In this document: piece after piece, positions 18,584 to 32,136 of the stretch
Position numbering within the stretch: position 1 is the first letter of the stretch
Layout of the letters: every line of letters begins with the position of its first letter
NCBI GenBank assembly: GCA_963765205.1
Contig: CAVXVB010000005.1
Span: 448,001 to 512,000, forward strand
Direction: 5' to 3'
Source of the DNA: an uncultured Verrucomicrobiae bacterium
Lineage (GTDB): Bacteria; Verrucomicrobiota; Verrucomicrobiia; Opitutales; JABDGR01
DNA length: 64,000 bases
Notes under the pieces: generated by a model
The model's input: the letters and a program-made list of their open reading frames with translations, nothing else
Database searches by the model: none
What the model was told of the DNA's origin: nothing
Translations under genes and position numbers: made by a program

Positions 18584-19141
18584 ATGGTCAACGAGGATTT
18601 TACGCTCCTGCGCGATTGTCCTGCCACGCTCATCCCGGCCGGCGATGCGGTCGTGCTGCCCAAAGGCGCGACCGTCACTGTCTCCCAGGCCCTCGGCGGC
18701 GTGCTGACGGTGCGCGATGCCCTCGGCCTCTACCGCATCGGCCCCCGCGACCTCGAGGCCCTCGGCCCGCGCGCCAGCGCCTGGGCAGCCGGCGAGGCCA
18801 AGGAAGCCGCCGCCACGGCTCCGGGTGAATTTTCCGTCGAAAGCGTGTGGGACACCCTCCGGCAGTGCTTCGACCCGGAAATCCCCGTGAATATCGTGGA
18901 CTTGGGCTTGATTTACGACCTGCGCCTCGAACCCGGCGAAAATGGGGGCCAAATGGTTTTAGTGAAAATGACGCTGACCGCCGTGGGCTGCGGCATGGGC
19001 CCGGTCATCGCGGAAGATGCGCGGAGCCGCCTGGTGGCGCTGCCGGGTGTCGCCGGCGCGAAAGTGGACATCGTCTGGGACCCGCCCTGGACCCCGCACA
19101 TGATCTCCGCGGTGGGGCGGGAGAAACTGGGGTTGGAGTAA
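18584..19141 (+). CDS. sufT: Putative Fe-S cluster assembly protein SufT (DUF59)
   Basis: RDCPATLIPAG N-domain; CFDPEIPVNIVDLGLIY, MTLTAVGCGMGPVI, VWDPPW. Confidence 0.9.
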   Translation: MVNEDFTLLRDCPATLIPAGDAVVLPKGATVTVSQALGGVLTVRDALGLYRIGPRDLEALGPRASAWAAGEAKEAAATAPGEFSVESVWDTLRQCFDPEIPVNIVDLGLIYDLRLEPGENGGQMVLVKMTLTAVGCGMGPVIAEDARSRLVALPGVAGAKVDIVWDPPWTPHMISAVGREKLGLE

Positions 19142-19279
19142 AAGCTTCGTCGTAAGTGTCAGCCTCCCTCTGCCAACCCAATCTCTACTCAACTCATTAT
19201 GGCATTAAGGTGAAGCCTAGCCTTCTCTGGTTCCTCCTTCGTTGCTTGCTTATCTTCGTTTTTTTGACATAACAATACT

Positions 19280-20560
19280 ATGCCCGGCGTATTAGGATAT
19301 GGTTGGCACGAAGGAAATCGTGGCGAATATTTGGCGCAATATTTTTTGTCGAAATTAGGGGTATCTGCCCCCGTAATCCGGCAAGAAGATATCGGTGTCG
19401 ACTTTTATTGCGCATTGGCAAAAGAAGAAAATAAGAAGCTGATCTTCCACTCACCCTACGCTGTCCAGTCTGGGTCGGCAGAAGCAAAAGAATTTATCTA
19501 TGGCGATTTTACTGAAACAGGAAAATGGAGAAAAGAGGGAATCGAATGGCTATTTTCGCAAGAATTGCCTTTGTTTGTCTGCACAACCGAACGCGCAAAA
19601 GCCCGTTTCCGACTGTACTCTACAAGTGCGATGTGGTTGGTTCGGTATCAATTTGGCCATATAACGCAACTTATTCTTTGCCCTGATGAGTTCCATGACC
19701 CCTTAAATGAATCGCGCAGCAAAGACCCAATTGCCGCTGCGGGGTATGGCGACGGATTCAGTTATAGGATTCCGCTTGGTAATCCTGTAATTGACCTCGA
19801 CATTTTTGAACTAGAAACCGAAAAATCAGCGAAGGCCTGTGACGCCCTTACGCTGGCAATCCAAATCGAACAGACAAATATCACGTTTAGGCGACTCGGG
19901 ATTCATATCGCATCTTGGTTCCCCAATATAAGACCTAACGATCCAACTTCTCTCCGTAATCAGGGAGGCTCGATTTTTTGGAATTCAAATCCCGGACAAA
20001 ACATCGAAGCCCAGATTAATTCCCTTAAAAATATCTCCCTAACACTTGCACTCAATTTCGGAGCCCAAGGTCTCCATGAGCAAATTTCCCACTTAGCTCC
20101 CGTCTTCAAACTTTTCCCCAAACAGGAAATCCCAGAATGGATATTTTCCAAACTTCCTAAAGCTGTCCAGGAAGTTATTGGAACCACCTTAAGCGTTGCA
20201 AATACCCCCTCAGTTTTGGCTTCCTCATTCGGCTTTTTTCCCGTTTCCTTGCGTCTCCCCCTGTTCCCCCTCCATGAGCCTCCCCATCAAACCCGCCTCC
20301 GATTGCACCTTCGACATGATCGCCCTGGGCGAAATCATGCTGCGCCTCGACCCCGGCGAGGGGCGCGTGCGCACCGCCCGCGAATTCAAGGTGTGGGAGG
20401 GCGGCGGCGAATACAACGTCGCGCGTGGCCTGCGGCGCTGTTTTGGACTGCGCACGGCGGTCGTCACCGCGTTCGCCGACAACGACGTGGGCCGACTGCT
20501 CGAAGACTTTATCCTGCAAGGCGGCGTGGACACGCGCTTCATCCGCTGGATTCCCTATGA
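19280..20560 (+). CDS. AT-rich hypothetical protein with putative PD-(D/E)XK-like N-terminus; 3' part runs into kdgK
   Basis: GNRGEYLAQYFL...RQEDIGVDFYC resembles restriction-endonuclease-like (DUF4365-type) N-termini; GC content clearly lower than the flanks up to ~20200. Confidence 0.55.
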   Translation: MPGVLGYGWHEGNRGEYLAQYFLSKLGVSAPVIRQEDIGVDFYCALAKEENKKLIFHSPYAVQSGSAEAKEFIYGDFTETGKWRKEGIEWLFSQELPLFVCTTERAKARFRLYSTSAMWLVRYQFGHITQLILCPDEFHDPLNESRSKDPIAAAGYGDGFSYRIPLGNPVIDLDIFELETEKSAKACDALTLAIQIEQTNITFRRLGIHIASWFPNIRPNDPTSLRNQGGSIFWNSNPGQNIEAQINSLKNISLTLALNFGAQGLHEQISHLAPVFKLFPKQEIPEWIFSKLPKAVQEVIGTTLSVANTPSVLASSFGFFPVSLRLPLFPLHEPPHQTRLRLHLRHDRPGRNHAAPRPRRGARAHRPRIQGVGGRRRIQRRAWPAALFWTAHGGRHRVRRQRRGPTARRLYPARRRGHALHPLDSL

Positions 20561-21371
20561 CGGGGTGGGGCGCACGGTGCGCAACGGGCTGAACTTCACC
20601 GAGCGCGGTTTCGGCCTGCGCGGTGCGGTGGGCATTCCCGACCGGGGGAATTCCGCCGCCTCGCAAATGAAGCCCGGCCAGGTTGATTGGGACAATATCT
20701 TCGGCAAGCTCGGCGTGCGCTGGCTGCACACAGGGGGCATTTTCGCCGCGCTGTCGGACACCACCCCCGCGCTGGTCGAGGAGGCCGTCCAGGCGGCGAA
20801 AAAGCACGGCGTCATCGTTTCCTATGATTTGAATTACCGGCCCTCGCTCTGGAAGGCCATCGGCGGCAAGGCCCGGGCGCAGGAGGTCAACCGCCGCATC
20901 GCGCGCTACGTGGACGTGATGATCGGCAACGAGGAGGACTTCACCGCCTGCCTCGGCCTCAAAGTCGAGGGCCTCGACGAGAAAATTTCGCACATCGAAA
21001 TTGACGCCTTCAAGGGCATGATTGAGAACGCGGTGAAGGAATTTCCGAATTTCAAGGTCGCCGCGACCACCCTGCGCACGGTCAAAAGCGCCACGCGCAA
21101 CGACTGGAGCGCCATTTGCTGGCACGACGGAAAGTTTTACGAATCCAACGCCTATCCCGACCTCGAAATCCTCGACCGCGTCGGAGGCGGCGACAGTTTC
21201 GCCTCGGGCCTGGTCTATGGATTCCTCAAGCACAACGACGCCGCCCAGGCCGTGCAATACGGCGCAGCCCACGGCGCGCTGGCGATGACCACCCCCGGCG
21301 ACACCTCGATGGCCTCGTTGGACGAGGTGGAAAAAGTCATCGGCGGCGGCGGCGCGCGGGTCGTGCGATAA
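20274..21371 (+). CDS. kdgK: 2-dehydro-3-deoxygluconokinase (PfkB family)
   Basis: [38 protein letters not shown]. Confidence 0.9.
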   Translation: MSLPIKPASDCTFDMIALGEIMLRLDPGEGRVRTAREFKVWEGGGEYNVARGLRRCFGLRTAVVTAFADNDVGRLLEDFILQGGVDTRFIRWIPYDGVGRTVRNGLNFTERGFGLRGAVGIPDRGNSAASQMKPGQVDWDNIFGKLGVRWLHTGGIFAALSDTTPALVEEAVQAAKKHGVIVSYDLNYRPSLWKAIGGKARAQEVNRRIARYVDVMIGNEEDFTACLGLKVEGLDEKISHIEIDAFKGMIENAVKEFPNFKVAATTLRTVKSATRNDWSAICWHDGKFYESNAYPDLEILDRVGGGDSFASGLVYGFLKHNDAAQAVQYGAAHGALAMTTPGDTSMASLDEVEKVIGGGGARVVR

Positions 21372-21472
21372 ATTTTCTACCACAAAAAACGCAGAAGACG
21401 CAAAAGACAAAATCTAATTGGGATTTTTTTGCGTCCTTTGCGTTTTTTGAGGTAAACCCTTTCTCCTCTCTC

Positions 21473-22252
21473 ATGTCCTACCTCGAAACCCTCTTTTCCC
21501 TCGAAGGCAAAACGGCCGTCGTCATTGGCGGCACCGGCGAACTCTGCGGCGCGATGGCCGAAGGCCTCGCCGGCGCCGGCGCGACCGTCATCCTCGTCGG
21601 CCGCAATCCCGACAAGGCCGCCGCGCGCCTCGCCAAAATCCACCACGCGCACCACTCCCGCGCCTGGTTCGAGTCCGGCGACGTGAAGTCCAAGGACGCG
21701 TTGACGGATTTGCTCGACCGCATCCTGGCCAAGGCCGGCGGCGTGGACATCCTCATCAACGGCGCGGGCGTCAATTCGCCAACGCCGTTCCTCGAAATCA
21801 CCGAGGAGGAATACCAGCGCATCGTGGACACGAACATTAAGGCGGTGTTCCTGGCTTGCCAGGTATTTGGGCTGTATTTTTTGGAGAGCGGCCGCGCGGG
21901 CAGCATCATCAACATCGGCTCGATGGCGGCGATGAAGCCGCTCTCGCGCGTCTTCACGTATTCGGCGACGAAGGCGGCGGTGCATAATCTGTCCGGCAAC
22001 CTCGCGCGCGAATGGGCGGCGAAGGGCGTGCGCGTCAACACGCTGGTGCCCGGTTTTTTCCCCGCCGAGCAAAACCGCAAGGTACTCACGCCGGAGCGCG
22101 TCGCGCAAATCATGGGGCACACGCCGATGAAGCGCTTTGGCGAGGCGGCCGAGCTGGTCGGCGCCACGCTGCTGCTGGCCTCCGACGCCGGCCGCTTCAT
22201 CACCGGCATCGAGCTGTTGGTGGACGGCGGCTTTAACTGCATGGCGATCTGA
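21473..22252 (+). CDS. SDR oxidoreductase, probably D-mannonate/fructuronate oxidoreductase (KduD/UxuB-like)
   Basis: [27 protein letters not shown]; located in a hexuronate operon. Confidence 0.82.
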   Translation: MSYLETLFSLEGKTAVVIGGTGELCGAMAEGLAGAGATVILVGRNPDKAAARLAKIHHAHHSRAWFESGDVKSKDALTDLLDRILAKAGGVDILINGAGVNSPTPFLEITEEEYQRIVDTNIKAVFLACQVFGLYFLESGRAGSIINIGSMAAMKPLSRVFTYSATKAAVHNLSGNLAREWAAKGVRVNTLVPGFFPAEQNRKVLTPERVAQIMGHTPMKRFGEAAELVGATLLLASDAGRFITGIELLVDGGFNCMAI

Positions 22253-22375
22253 AACTGGAATTAAGAATTAGGAATTAAGAATTAAGAAGTAAAACAACAA
22301 TGTCCGCACGCCATTAGCCGGCCATTTTTTATTTTCACCTCGTTTCGTAATTCGAAATTTAATAAATTTATCTTT

Positions 22376-23788
22376 ATGAGCTTTTTGAACGACAACTTCC
22401 TCCTGCCCACCGAACTGGCGCGCACGCTTTACCACCAGGCCGCCGCGCCGGAACCGATTCTCGACTACCATTGCCACCTGCCGCCCAAGGACATCGCGCA
22501 AAACCGCCAGTTCAAGAACCTGTTCGAGGCCTGGCTCGAAGGCGACCACTACAAATGGCGCGCGATGCGGACGAACGGCGTCCCCGAGGATAACATCACC
22601 GGCCCGCTCGACCCCTGGGAGAAGTTTTTGTGCTGGGCCAAAACCGTGCCGCACACGCTGCGCAACCCGCTCTATCACTGGACGCATCTCGAATTGCGCC
22701 GCTATTTCGGCATTGAGACCCTCCTTAACGAACACAGCGCGCGCCGCATCTGGGACGAGGCCAACGAAAAACTCCAGACGCCGGAACTTTCGACGCAGGG
22801 CATCCTGCAAAAATTCAAGGTCGCCGCCGTTTGCACCACGGACGACCCGGTGGACTCGCTCGAATATCATCACGCCCTCGTGGATCAGAACATCGCCACG
22901 CGCATGTTCCCCGCGTATCGGCCCGACAAGGCTTTCGCGGTGGACAATCCCTCCGCTTTCAACGCCTGGATTGCGAAGCTCGAACAGGCCAGCGGGCTGG
23001 ATTGCGCGAAATTCGACGGCTTCCTCGCCGCGCTCGACCACCGCCATGCCTTCTTTCACAGCTTCGGCTGCCGCCTCTCCGACCACGGCCTTGAAGCGAT
23101 GTTTGCCGGCCCGTGTTCGGATATCCAGGCCGCGATGATTTACGATTCCGCGCGCGCCGGCCGCCCCGCGCCGCCCGCGCACGCCCAGGCCTTCGGCTTT
23201 TGCCTGATGCTGCATTTGGGCCGGCTCGACCACCAGCGCGGCTGGACCAAGCAGCTCCACCTCGGCGCCATCCGCAACAACAACCTCTACTTGATGGACC
23301 GGCTCGGCCCCGACACCGGCAGCGATTCTATCGGCGATTTCCCGCAGGCCCGCACCCTCTCCGCCTACCTCGGCGCGCTCGCCAAGGAGGAGCGCCTGCC
23401 GAAAACCATCCTCTACAACGTCAACCCCGCTGACAACTACGTCTTCGCCTCGATGATCGCCAATTTCCAGGGCGGCGGCATCCCCGGCAAATTGCAGTTC
23501 GGCTCGGGCTGGTGGTTCCTCGACCAGATTGAGGGCATGAGGTGGCAGCTCAACGCGCTGTCGAATAACGGCCTGCTCTCGCGCTTCGTCGGCATGTTGA
23601 CGGACTCGCGCTCGTTCCTCTCCTATCCGCGCCACGAATATTTCCGCCGCTTGCTTTGTGGGATGCTCGCGGAAGATGTCGCCGACGGCGCGGCGCCGCA
23701 CGACCTCGATTTGCTCTCGAATTTGGTGCGCGACGTTTGCTTCCGCAACGCGCGCAATTATTTCGGCCTCGCGCTGCCGCCCGAATAA
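22376..23788 (+). CDS. uxaC: Glucuronate isomerase
   Basis: [56 protein letters not shown]. Confidence 0.97.
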   Translation: MSFLNDNFLLPTELARTLYHQAAAPEPILDYHCHLPPKDIAQNRQFKNLFEAWLEGDHYKWRAMRTNGVPEDNITGPLDPWEKFLCWAKTVPHTLRNPLYHWTHLELRRYFGIETLLNEHSARRIWDEANEKLQTPELSTQGILQKFKVAAVCTTDDPVDSLEYHHALVDQNIATRMFPAYRPDKAFAVDNPSAFNAWIAKLEQASGLDCAKFDGFLAALDHRHAFFHSFGCRLSDHGLEAMFAGPCSDIQAAMIYDSARAGRPAPPAHAQAFGFCLMLHLGRLDHQRGWTKQLHLGAIRNNNLYLMDRLGPDTGSDSIGDFPQARTLSAYLGALAKEERLPKTILYNVNPADNYVFASMIANFQGGGIPGKLQFGSGWWFLDQIEGMRWQLNALSNNGLLSRFVGMLTDSRSFLSYPRHEYFRRLLCGMLAEDVADGAAPHDLDLLSNLVRDVCFRNARNYFGLALPPE

Positions 23789-23810
23789 GCGCGCCGCACT
23801 GCTTCCCGCC

Positions 23811-25118
<1,308 letters not shown>

Positions 25119-25211
25119 GAAGGATTTTGAACCACGGAGAACCCGGAGAACACAGAGGATTTATATCCCCCTCTCCGTGCTCTCCGGGTCCTCTGTGGTT
25201 CAATTTTATTT

Positions 25212-26753
25212 ATGTCATACTTGATCGGCCTCGACGTGGGCACCTCCTCGGCCAAAACCGTGCTGATGGACGAACGCGGGCGCGTGGTTTTTACTACCGC
25301 GCCGGCCTACTCCTTTCGCACGCCAAAACCTCTCTGGGCCGAGTCCGACCCCGCCGATTGGTGGGCCGCCGCCGTCACCGCGCTGCGCGAGCTGTTCGCC
25401 CGCTCCGGCGTCGCGCCGGGCGACATCGCGGGCGTGGGCCTGACGGGCCAGATGCACGGCCTCGTGCTGCTCGACGCGCGCGGCGAGGTTTTGCGCCCCT
25501 GCATCATGTGGAACGACCAGCGCACCGCCGCGCAATGCGCCGCGCTCACCAAAAAAATCGGCCGCGCACGCATCCTGCGCCTGACGGGCAACCCCGTGCT
25601 GCCCGGCTTCACCGCGCCAAAAATCGCCTGGGTCGCCGAGCACGAGCCGCAGGTCTTCCGCCGCATCGCCAAAATCCTCCTGCCGAAAGATTACCTGCGC
25701 TACAAACTCTCCGGCGAATTTTTCACCGACGTATCCGACGCCTCCGGCACCTCCCTGCTCGATGTGGCGAAGCGCCGCTGGTCGGACGAGATGTTGCGCG
25801 CCTGCCGCGTCCCGCGTGCCTGGCTCGCGGAAGTCACCGAGTCGCCCGTCGCGTCCGCCAAAGTTTCCGCCGCGGCGGCGAAGGCGACTGGCCTGCGCGC
25901 AGGCACGCCCATCATCGCGGGCGCGGGCGACCAGGCCGCCGGCGCGGTCGGCTGCGGCATTGTGCGGCCCGGCGTCGTCTCCTGCACGCTCGGCACCTCG
26001 GGCGTTGTCTTCGCGCACGCGGATAAATATGCCCCCGATCCGCAGGGCCGCCTGCACGCGTTCTGCCACGCCGTGCCCGGCAAGTGGCATCTAATGGGCG
26101 TGCAGCTTTCCAGCGCCGGCTCGTTCCAGTGGTTCAAAAATAATTTTGGCGGCGAAGAAATCGCTCGCGAACAAGCCGGTGGCCCCAACGCCTACGATTC
26201 GCTCACTGCCGCCGCGGCCACGGTCCCCGCCGGCTGCGAGGGCTTGATTTTCCTGCCTTATCTTTCCGGCGAGCGCACCCCGCACCCCGACCCCAACGCA
26301 CGCGGCGTTTTCTTTGGTCTCACGCTGCGGCATGGCAAGGCGCATCTGGCGCGCGCGGTGTTGGAGGGCGTCACTTACGGCCTGCGCGACGCGCTCGAAT
26401 TGATGCGCGGACTGGGCCTCAAGCCCCGGGAAATCGTCGCTTCGGGCGGCGGCGCGCGCAGCGCGTTCTGGCGGCAAATGCTGGCGGACAATTTCGGTGC
26501 GCCCATCGTGACGGTGAGCGCGGCGGAAGGCTCGGCTTACGGCGCGGCGCTGCTCGCCGGCGTCGGCGCAGGCGTCTGGCCCACCGTCGAGGCCGCCTGC
26601 ACCGCCTGTGTGACGGAAACCAGCCGCGTCCAGCCCCAGCGCGCCGCCGCTGCGGTTTACCGCGATTATTATTCGCATTTCCGCGCGTTGTATCCGATGC
26701 TCAAAGGCGAATTCGCCGCCCTGGCCGCCACGGTGGCGCAGCACCATGGTTGA
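25212..26753 (+). CDS. xylB: Xylulokinase
   Basis: GLDVGTSS, GQMHG, WNDQR, LGTSG, FLPYLSGERTPH, GGGARS. Confidence 0.95.
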   Translation: MSYLIGLDVGTSSAKTVLMDERGRVVFTTAPAYSFRTPKPLWAESDPADWWAAAVTALRELFARSGVAPGDIAGVGLTGQMHGLVLLDARGEVLRPCIMWNDQRTAAQCAALTKKIGRARILRLTGNPVLPGFTAPKIAWVAEHEPQVFRRIAKILLPKDYLRYKLSGEFFTDVSDASGTSLLDVAKRRWSDEMLRACRVPRAWLAEVTESPVASAKVSAAAAKATGLRAGTPIIAGAGDQAAGAVGCGIVRPGVVSCTLGTSGVVFAHADKYAPDPQGRLHAFCHAVPGKWHLMGVQLSSAGSFQWFKNNFGGEEIAREQAGGPNAYDSLTAAAATVPAGCEGLIFLPYLSGERTPHPDPNARGVFFGLTLRHGKAHLARAVLEGVTYGLRDALELMRGLGLKPREIVASGGGARSAFWRQMLADNFGAPIVTVSAAEGSAYGAALLAGVGAGVWPTVEAACTACVTETSRVQPQRAAAAVYRDYYSHFRALYPMLKGEFAALAATVAQHHG

Positions 26754-28197
26754 GACCTCCGCAAAATTTTCCGCCGCCACGCGCGCACTCGTGCGTGCGC
26801 TCGGTGCCGCGCAAGTGCGCACGGACGAGGCCGTGCGCCGCACCGCGTCGCTCGACAATCTGCGGGTGTCCTTCCTCCCCGCGGCAGTCATTTTTCCGAA
26901 AAACGACGCGGCCATCGCCACTGTGCTGCGTCTCGCCAATCAACACCGCGTTCCAGTGACGCCCCGCGGCGCGGGCAGCTCGACGACCGGCTCGGCCTGC
27001 CCGGTGCGCGGCGGCTGGGTGCTCGATTTGTCGCGCTGGAATAAAATCGAGATTGACCCGCTGGCGGGCCTCGCGCACGCCGGGGCCGGCGCAGTCACCG
27101 CCGCGATTGACGCCGCCGCCGCGAAGCACGGGCTGTTTTACCCGCCGGACCCGTCGTCGCTGCATTATTGCACCATCGGCGGCAACCTCTCGCTGAACGC
27201 CGGCGGGCTGCGCGGCGCGAAATACGGCGTGACGCGCGACTACGTCCTCGCGCTCGAAGGCTTTTTGCCGACGGGCGAAAAAGTGCGTTGGGGCGCGCCG
27301 CTGCGCAAATTCGCCTCGGGCTATAACCTGCGCGACCTGTGGATTGGCGGCGGCGGCACGCTCGGCGTCATCACCGGCGCGACGCTCCGGCTCGTCCCGC
27401 GCCCCGCCGCGCGGCACACGCTGCTCGCCGCGTTTGCGAACGAAAGCGCCGCCCTGCGCGCGGTGCTGGCCATCATGCGCGCGCGGCTCGTGCCCTCGAT
27501 TTGCGAATTTCTGGACCGGCCCACGGTCGTCTGCACCGAGCGCAAATGGGGCCGCCCGGTCTTCCCGCAGGCCCCCGGCGCGGCGCTGCTGCTGCTCGAA
27601 GTGGACGGCTCAGCCGCGGAAGTCGCCGCGCAGAAAAAGGCCCTGGCCCGACTTTTGCGAAAATCCGGCGCGCTGGCCCTGCGCGACACCGGCGACCCGG
27701 CCGCGGCGGAAAAACTCTGGCAAGTGCGCCGCACCTGCTCGCAGGCGATGTTCCAGATGGGCGACGCGAAACTTAACGAGGATGTCGTTGTGCCGCCGCG
27801 CGCCTATATCCCGCTGCTGACTTATGCCCGCGCGCTCAGCCGCGCCACCGGCCTGGCCACGCCGACTTACGGGCACGCAATGGACGGCAATTTCCACGTC
27901 CACCTCATGTATCATCGCAGCGACCCACGCGAATGCCGCCGGGCGGAACGGGGCGTGGCCGAGCTGATGAAAAAAGTCCGCGCCCTCGGCGGCGCCATCA
28001 CCGGCGAGCACGGCATCGGCCTGGCCAAATCGCCCTTCCTGCGCCTGCAACACGCCCCCGCGGAAATCCAGGCGATGCGGGCCATCAAAAAAGCCCTCGA
28101 CCCGCGCAACATCCTCCACCCCGGCCAGATTTTTGACCCTGTCTCCGTCTGGCAGTTTCCGCATGTCAAAGTGAAGTTGCCGTGGGATAAGGACTAG
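26746..28197 (+). CDS. FAD-linked oxidase, GlcD / D-2-hydroxyacid dehydrogenase family
   Basis: PRGAGSSTTG, YPPDPSS, GGNLSLNAGG, KYGVTRDYV, GHAMDGNFH, TGEHGIG, DPRNILHPG. Confidence 0.9.
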   Translation: MVETSAKFSAATRALVRALGAAQVRTDEAVRRTASLDNLRVSFLPAAVIFPKNDAAIATVLRLANQHRVPVTPRGAGSSTTGSACPVRGGWVLDLSRWNKIEIDPLAGLAHAGAGAVTAAIDAAAAKHGLFYPPDPSSLHYCTIGGNLSLNAGGLRGAKYGVTRDYVLALEGFLPTGEKVRWGAPLRKFASGYNLRDLWIGGGGTLGVITGATLRLVPRPAARHTLLAAFANESAALRAVLAIMRARLVPSICEFLDRPTVVCTERKWGRPVFPQAPGAALLLLEVDGSAAEVAAQKKALARLLRKSGALALRDTGDPAAAEKLWQVRRTCSQAMFQMGDAKLNEDVVVPPRAYIPLLTYARALSRATGLATPTYGHAMDGNFHVHLMYHRSDPRECRRAERGVAELMKKVRALGGAITGEHGIGLAKSPFLRLQHAPAEIQAMRAIKKALDPRNILHPGQIFDPVSVWQFPHVKVKLPWDKD

Positions 28198-28299
28198 CAG
28201 AGGGACAAAGGGACAGAGGCACTAAGGCACTGAGGGCCGAAGTTTGGGTCACTTGTTGGTTTTGCGGTTTGGGCGGCGTCTCTATTATAAACACCCGCC

Positions 28300-29562
28300 A
28301 TGGATGACCACGAACTGCTGCGAGAATACGTCGAGCGCCAGTCGGAGCCAGCCTTCGCCGAACTGGTGGCGCGGCATGTGGATTTTGTCTATGCCACGGC
28401 CTGGCGCGTCATGGGCGATTCGGCGGCGGCGCAGGACGTGGCGCAGGCCGTATTCATTCATCTGGCGCGCAAGGCCTGGACGGTGCGCGACGGCCGCGCG
28501 CTCGTCGGCTGGCTCTACCGCGCGACGTATCGCACCGCGCTCGACACCCGGCGCGGCGAACAACGCCGCCGCCAGCGGGAGACCGACGCCATGATCCTGA
28601 CCGAACAAAACTCCACTTCGCCCGCCGCGTGGGAAAAGCTCGCGCCGCTGCTCGACGAGGCGCTGCAACAGCTCAGTCGCGCCGAGCAAAACGCCGTGCT
28701 GCTGCGCTATTTCGAGGGCAAGACCCTGCGCGAAACGGGCGCGGCCCTCGGCACGACCGAAGACGCCGCGCAAATGCGCGTCAGCCGCGCGCTCGATAAA
28801 ATGCGCACCCACTTCGCGCGCCACGGCATCACCGTCGCGACCGGCGCGTTGGCCGTGGCCCTCTCGGCGAACACCGCCAAGGCCGCGCCCGCCGGGCTGA
28901 CCACGCGCGTGACCGGGACTTCCCTGGCCGGCGCAAGTGGCGCAGGATTGGGCGGAGCAATGTTGAGAATTCTTTTTATGAGCACCAAAACTAAAACAAT
29001 CCTCGCCGTCGTCATTGTCTTGGCTGTTGTCATCGGCTTAAAATTCACCCTGTGGCAACCGGCGGAATCAACCACTTCCGTCAAGACGGCTACCAACCTT
29101 ACCGCGAGCAGCGCACCACCTGCCGCCGCGTTGCCGACCGCCAGACCTCCCGCCATCCTGCCCCCCACCACGCCTCCAGCCCCGGCGAGAAACGTGGCCA
29201 GTTCAACCGCGGTGGTAGCCAACCCGCCGGTCAACGAGCAGGTCAATATTGATGAGGCCACCGTCTTCGTAACGCAGTCAATTCAGACGCCTTTGCTGTC
29301 CTACAAGCTGGCGATGGGGCACTACCCCTCGACGGAAGATGGCTTGGACGCGCTCGTGGATGTCCCGATCCACGATAACGCCGCGAGCTGGAAAGGTCCC
29401 TATTTCAATACCACCGTTGTGCCGCTGGATCCCTGGGGCCACCCATATGAATACGCCTTTCCATCAATTCACGGCCAAGTCGATGGCAGATACGATGTCT
29501 GGTCCGACGGCCCGGACGGCATCAACGGCTCCGCCGACAACATCGGCAATTGGGAGAAATAA
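28300..29562 (+). CDS. ECF sigma factor fused via a TM helix and linker to a GspG-type pseudopilin C-terminal domain
   Basis: Sigma regions 2 and 4 (AFAELVARH...DVAQAVF...GWLY; LLRYFEGKTLRETG...RVSRALDKMR), TM ILAVVIVLAVVIGL, Pro/Thr linker, then YKLAMGHYPSTEDGLDALV...WKGPY...DPWGHPYEYAFP...YDVWSDGPDG...DNIGNW. Confidence 0.85.
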   Translation: MDDHELLREYVERQSEPAFAELVARHVDFVYATAWRVMGDSAAAQDVAQAVFIHLARKAWTVRDGRALVGWLYRATYRTALDTRRGEQRRRQRETDAMILTEQNSTSPAAWEKLAPLLDEALQQLSRAEQNAVLLRYFEGKTLRETGAALGTTEDAAQMRVSRALDKMRTHFARHGITVATGALAVALSANTAKAAPAGLTTRVTGTSLAGASGAGLGGAMLRILFMSTKTKTILAVVIVLAVVIGLKFTLWQPAESTTSVKTATNLTASSAPPAAALPTARPPAILPPTTPPAPARNVASSTAVVANPPVNEQVNIDEATVFVTQSIQTPLLSYKLAMGHYPSTEDGLDALVDVPIHDNAASWKGPYFNTTVVPLDPWGHPYEYAFPSIHGQVDGRYDVWSDGPDGINGSADNIGNWEK

Positions 29563-29594
29563 CAGGCCGATAGTCGCAATCGGCGCGTTTCTTC

Positions 29595-29750
29595 CGTCCC
29601 GGGGAGCGCGACCGTCCCGGTCGCTGCGGTCGGCGTCTCGCCGACCGCTTCTTGGCCAACGCGGCGGTGTAGCGCATTCCCCGCTTTCTCAAAGATGTCC
29701 TCGGCGAGACGCCGAGGACGGCGGGCGGGACGCCCGCGCTCCCCGGGACG
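29595..29750. mobile_element. 156-bp MITE/REPIN-like palindromic element
   Basis: Perfect 16-bp terminal inverted repeat CGTCCCGGGGAGCGCG; nested hairpins (gcggtcggcg tct cgccgaccgc; gtcctcggcg aga cgccgaggac). Confidence 0.7.
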
Positions 29751-29820
29751 ATAACGCTGCTTCTAAAAGCCCCAAAAAATTCAGCGTTGGTATCAGAACC
29801 AAATGGCCCCGCCCCATTCC

Positions 29821-30543
29821 TCACGCTTCCGGCCCGGTTTGCGCTTCTTCCCAGAGCAGGAATTGGTATTCGCGGCGGCCAATCCAGAGGATAAAGAAAA
29901 ACAGGGCGGCAAGCAGATACGCCTTGAGTAGGAGCGCGACAACGATGCCCGCGACGGCGACGCAGCGGCCGATGTTGAGCGCCCAGCGCGTGGCGCGCAG
30001 GTAATCGAGCTTGAAGGCCAGCAGCGCGCGCAGGATGCGCCCACCGTCCATCGGGAACGCCGGCAGCAAATTAAAACAGCCGAGCACGAGATTGGAAACC
30101 AGCAGGAATTCCAGAATGTCGTGCCAATGCGTAGTCGGCAGCGTGTCGTCCGACAAGTCCGCCGGCCAGCCGCCGAGCAGGGCGAGGCTGAGGCCCGCGA
30201 TAATGAAATTCACCGCCGGGCCGGCGGCGACGATGAGCAATTCCTCGCGCGGGCTTCGCGGTAGTCGGCCCAACAGCGCCATGCCGCCAAAGGGCAGCAG
30301 CACGATGTGCTGCACAGCAACACCCAGCTTGCGCGCGGTCAGCGCGTGGCCGAATTCGTGCAGCACGACGCAGGTGTAAACCAGCGCGACCGCGCCGAGG
30401 CTCTGGAACAAGCCGCGCCAGGGGTGGTGCGGCTCGTCCATCCAGCCCTGCGCGCCGACCACCAGCGGCAGCAGGTAGAACGTCGGGTGCAGCTCGAGGG
30501 TGATGCCACGAAAGCGGAATAACTTCATTGACCCGAAGGGCAT
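29821..30543 (-). CDS. Site-2 protease (M50 family intramembrane metalloprotease)
   Basis: LHEFGH (HExxH), LLPFGG, AAGPAVN, FNLLPAFPMDGGR. True start taken at MPFGSMKLF; the upstream part of the tracked ORF is a shadow of the NtrC gene. Confidence 0.9.
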   Translation of the reverse strand: MPFGSMKLFRFRGITLELHPTFYLLPLVVGAQGWMDEPHHPWRGLFQSLGAVALVYTCVVLHEFGHALTARKLGVAVQHIVLLPFGGMALLGRLPRSPREELLIVAAGPAVNFIIAGLSLALLGGWPADLSDDTLPTTHWHDILEFLLVSNLVLGCFNLLPAFPMDGGRILRALLAFKLDYLRATRWALNIGRCVAVAGIVVALLLKAYLLAALFFFILWIGRREYQFLLWEEAQTGPEA

Positions 30544-30609
30544 GAGGATGAATGTTGTTGGGTTCGGAAGGCCGCGAACGCGCCGCCTCCGCCAAGTTGA
30601 ATTCCCATC

Positions 30610-32133
<1,524 letters not shown>

Positions 32134-32136
32134 GGT

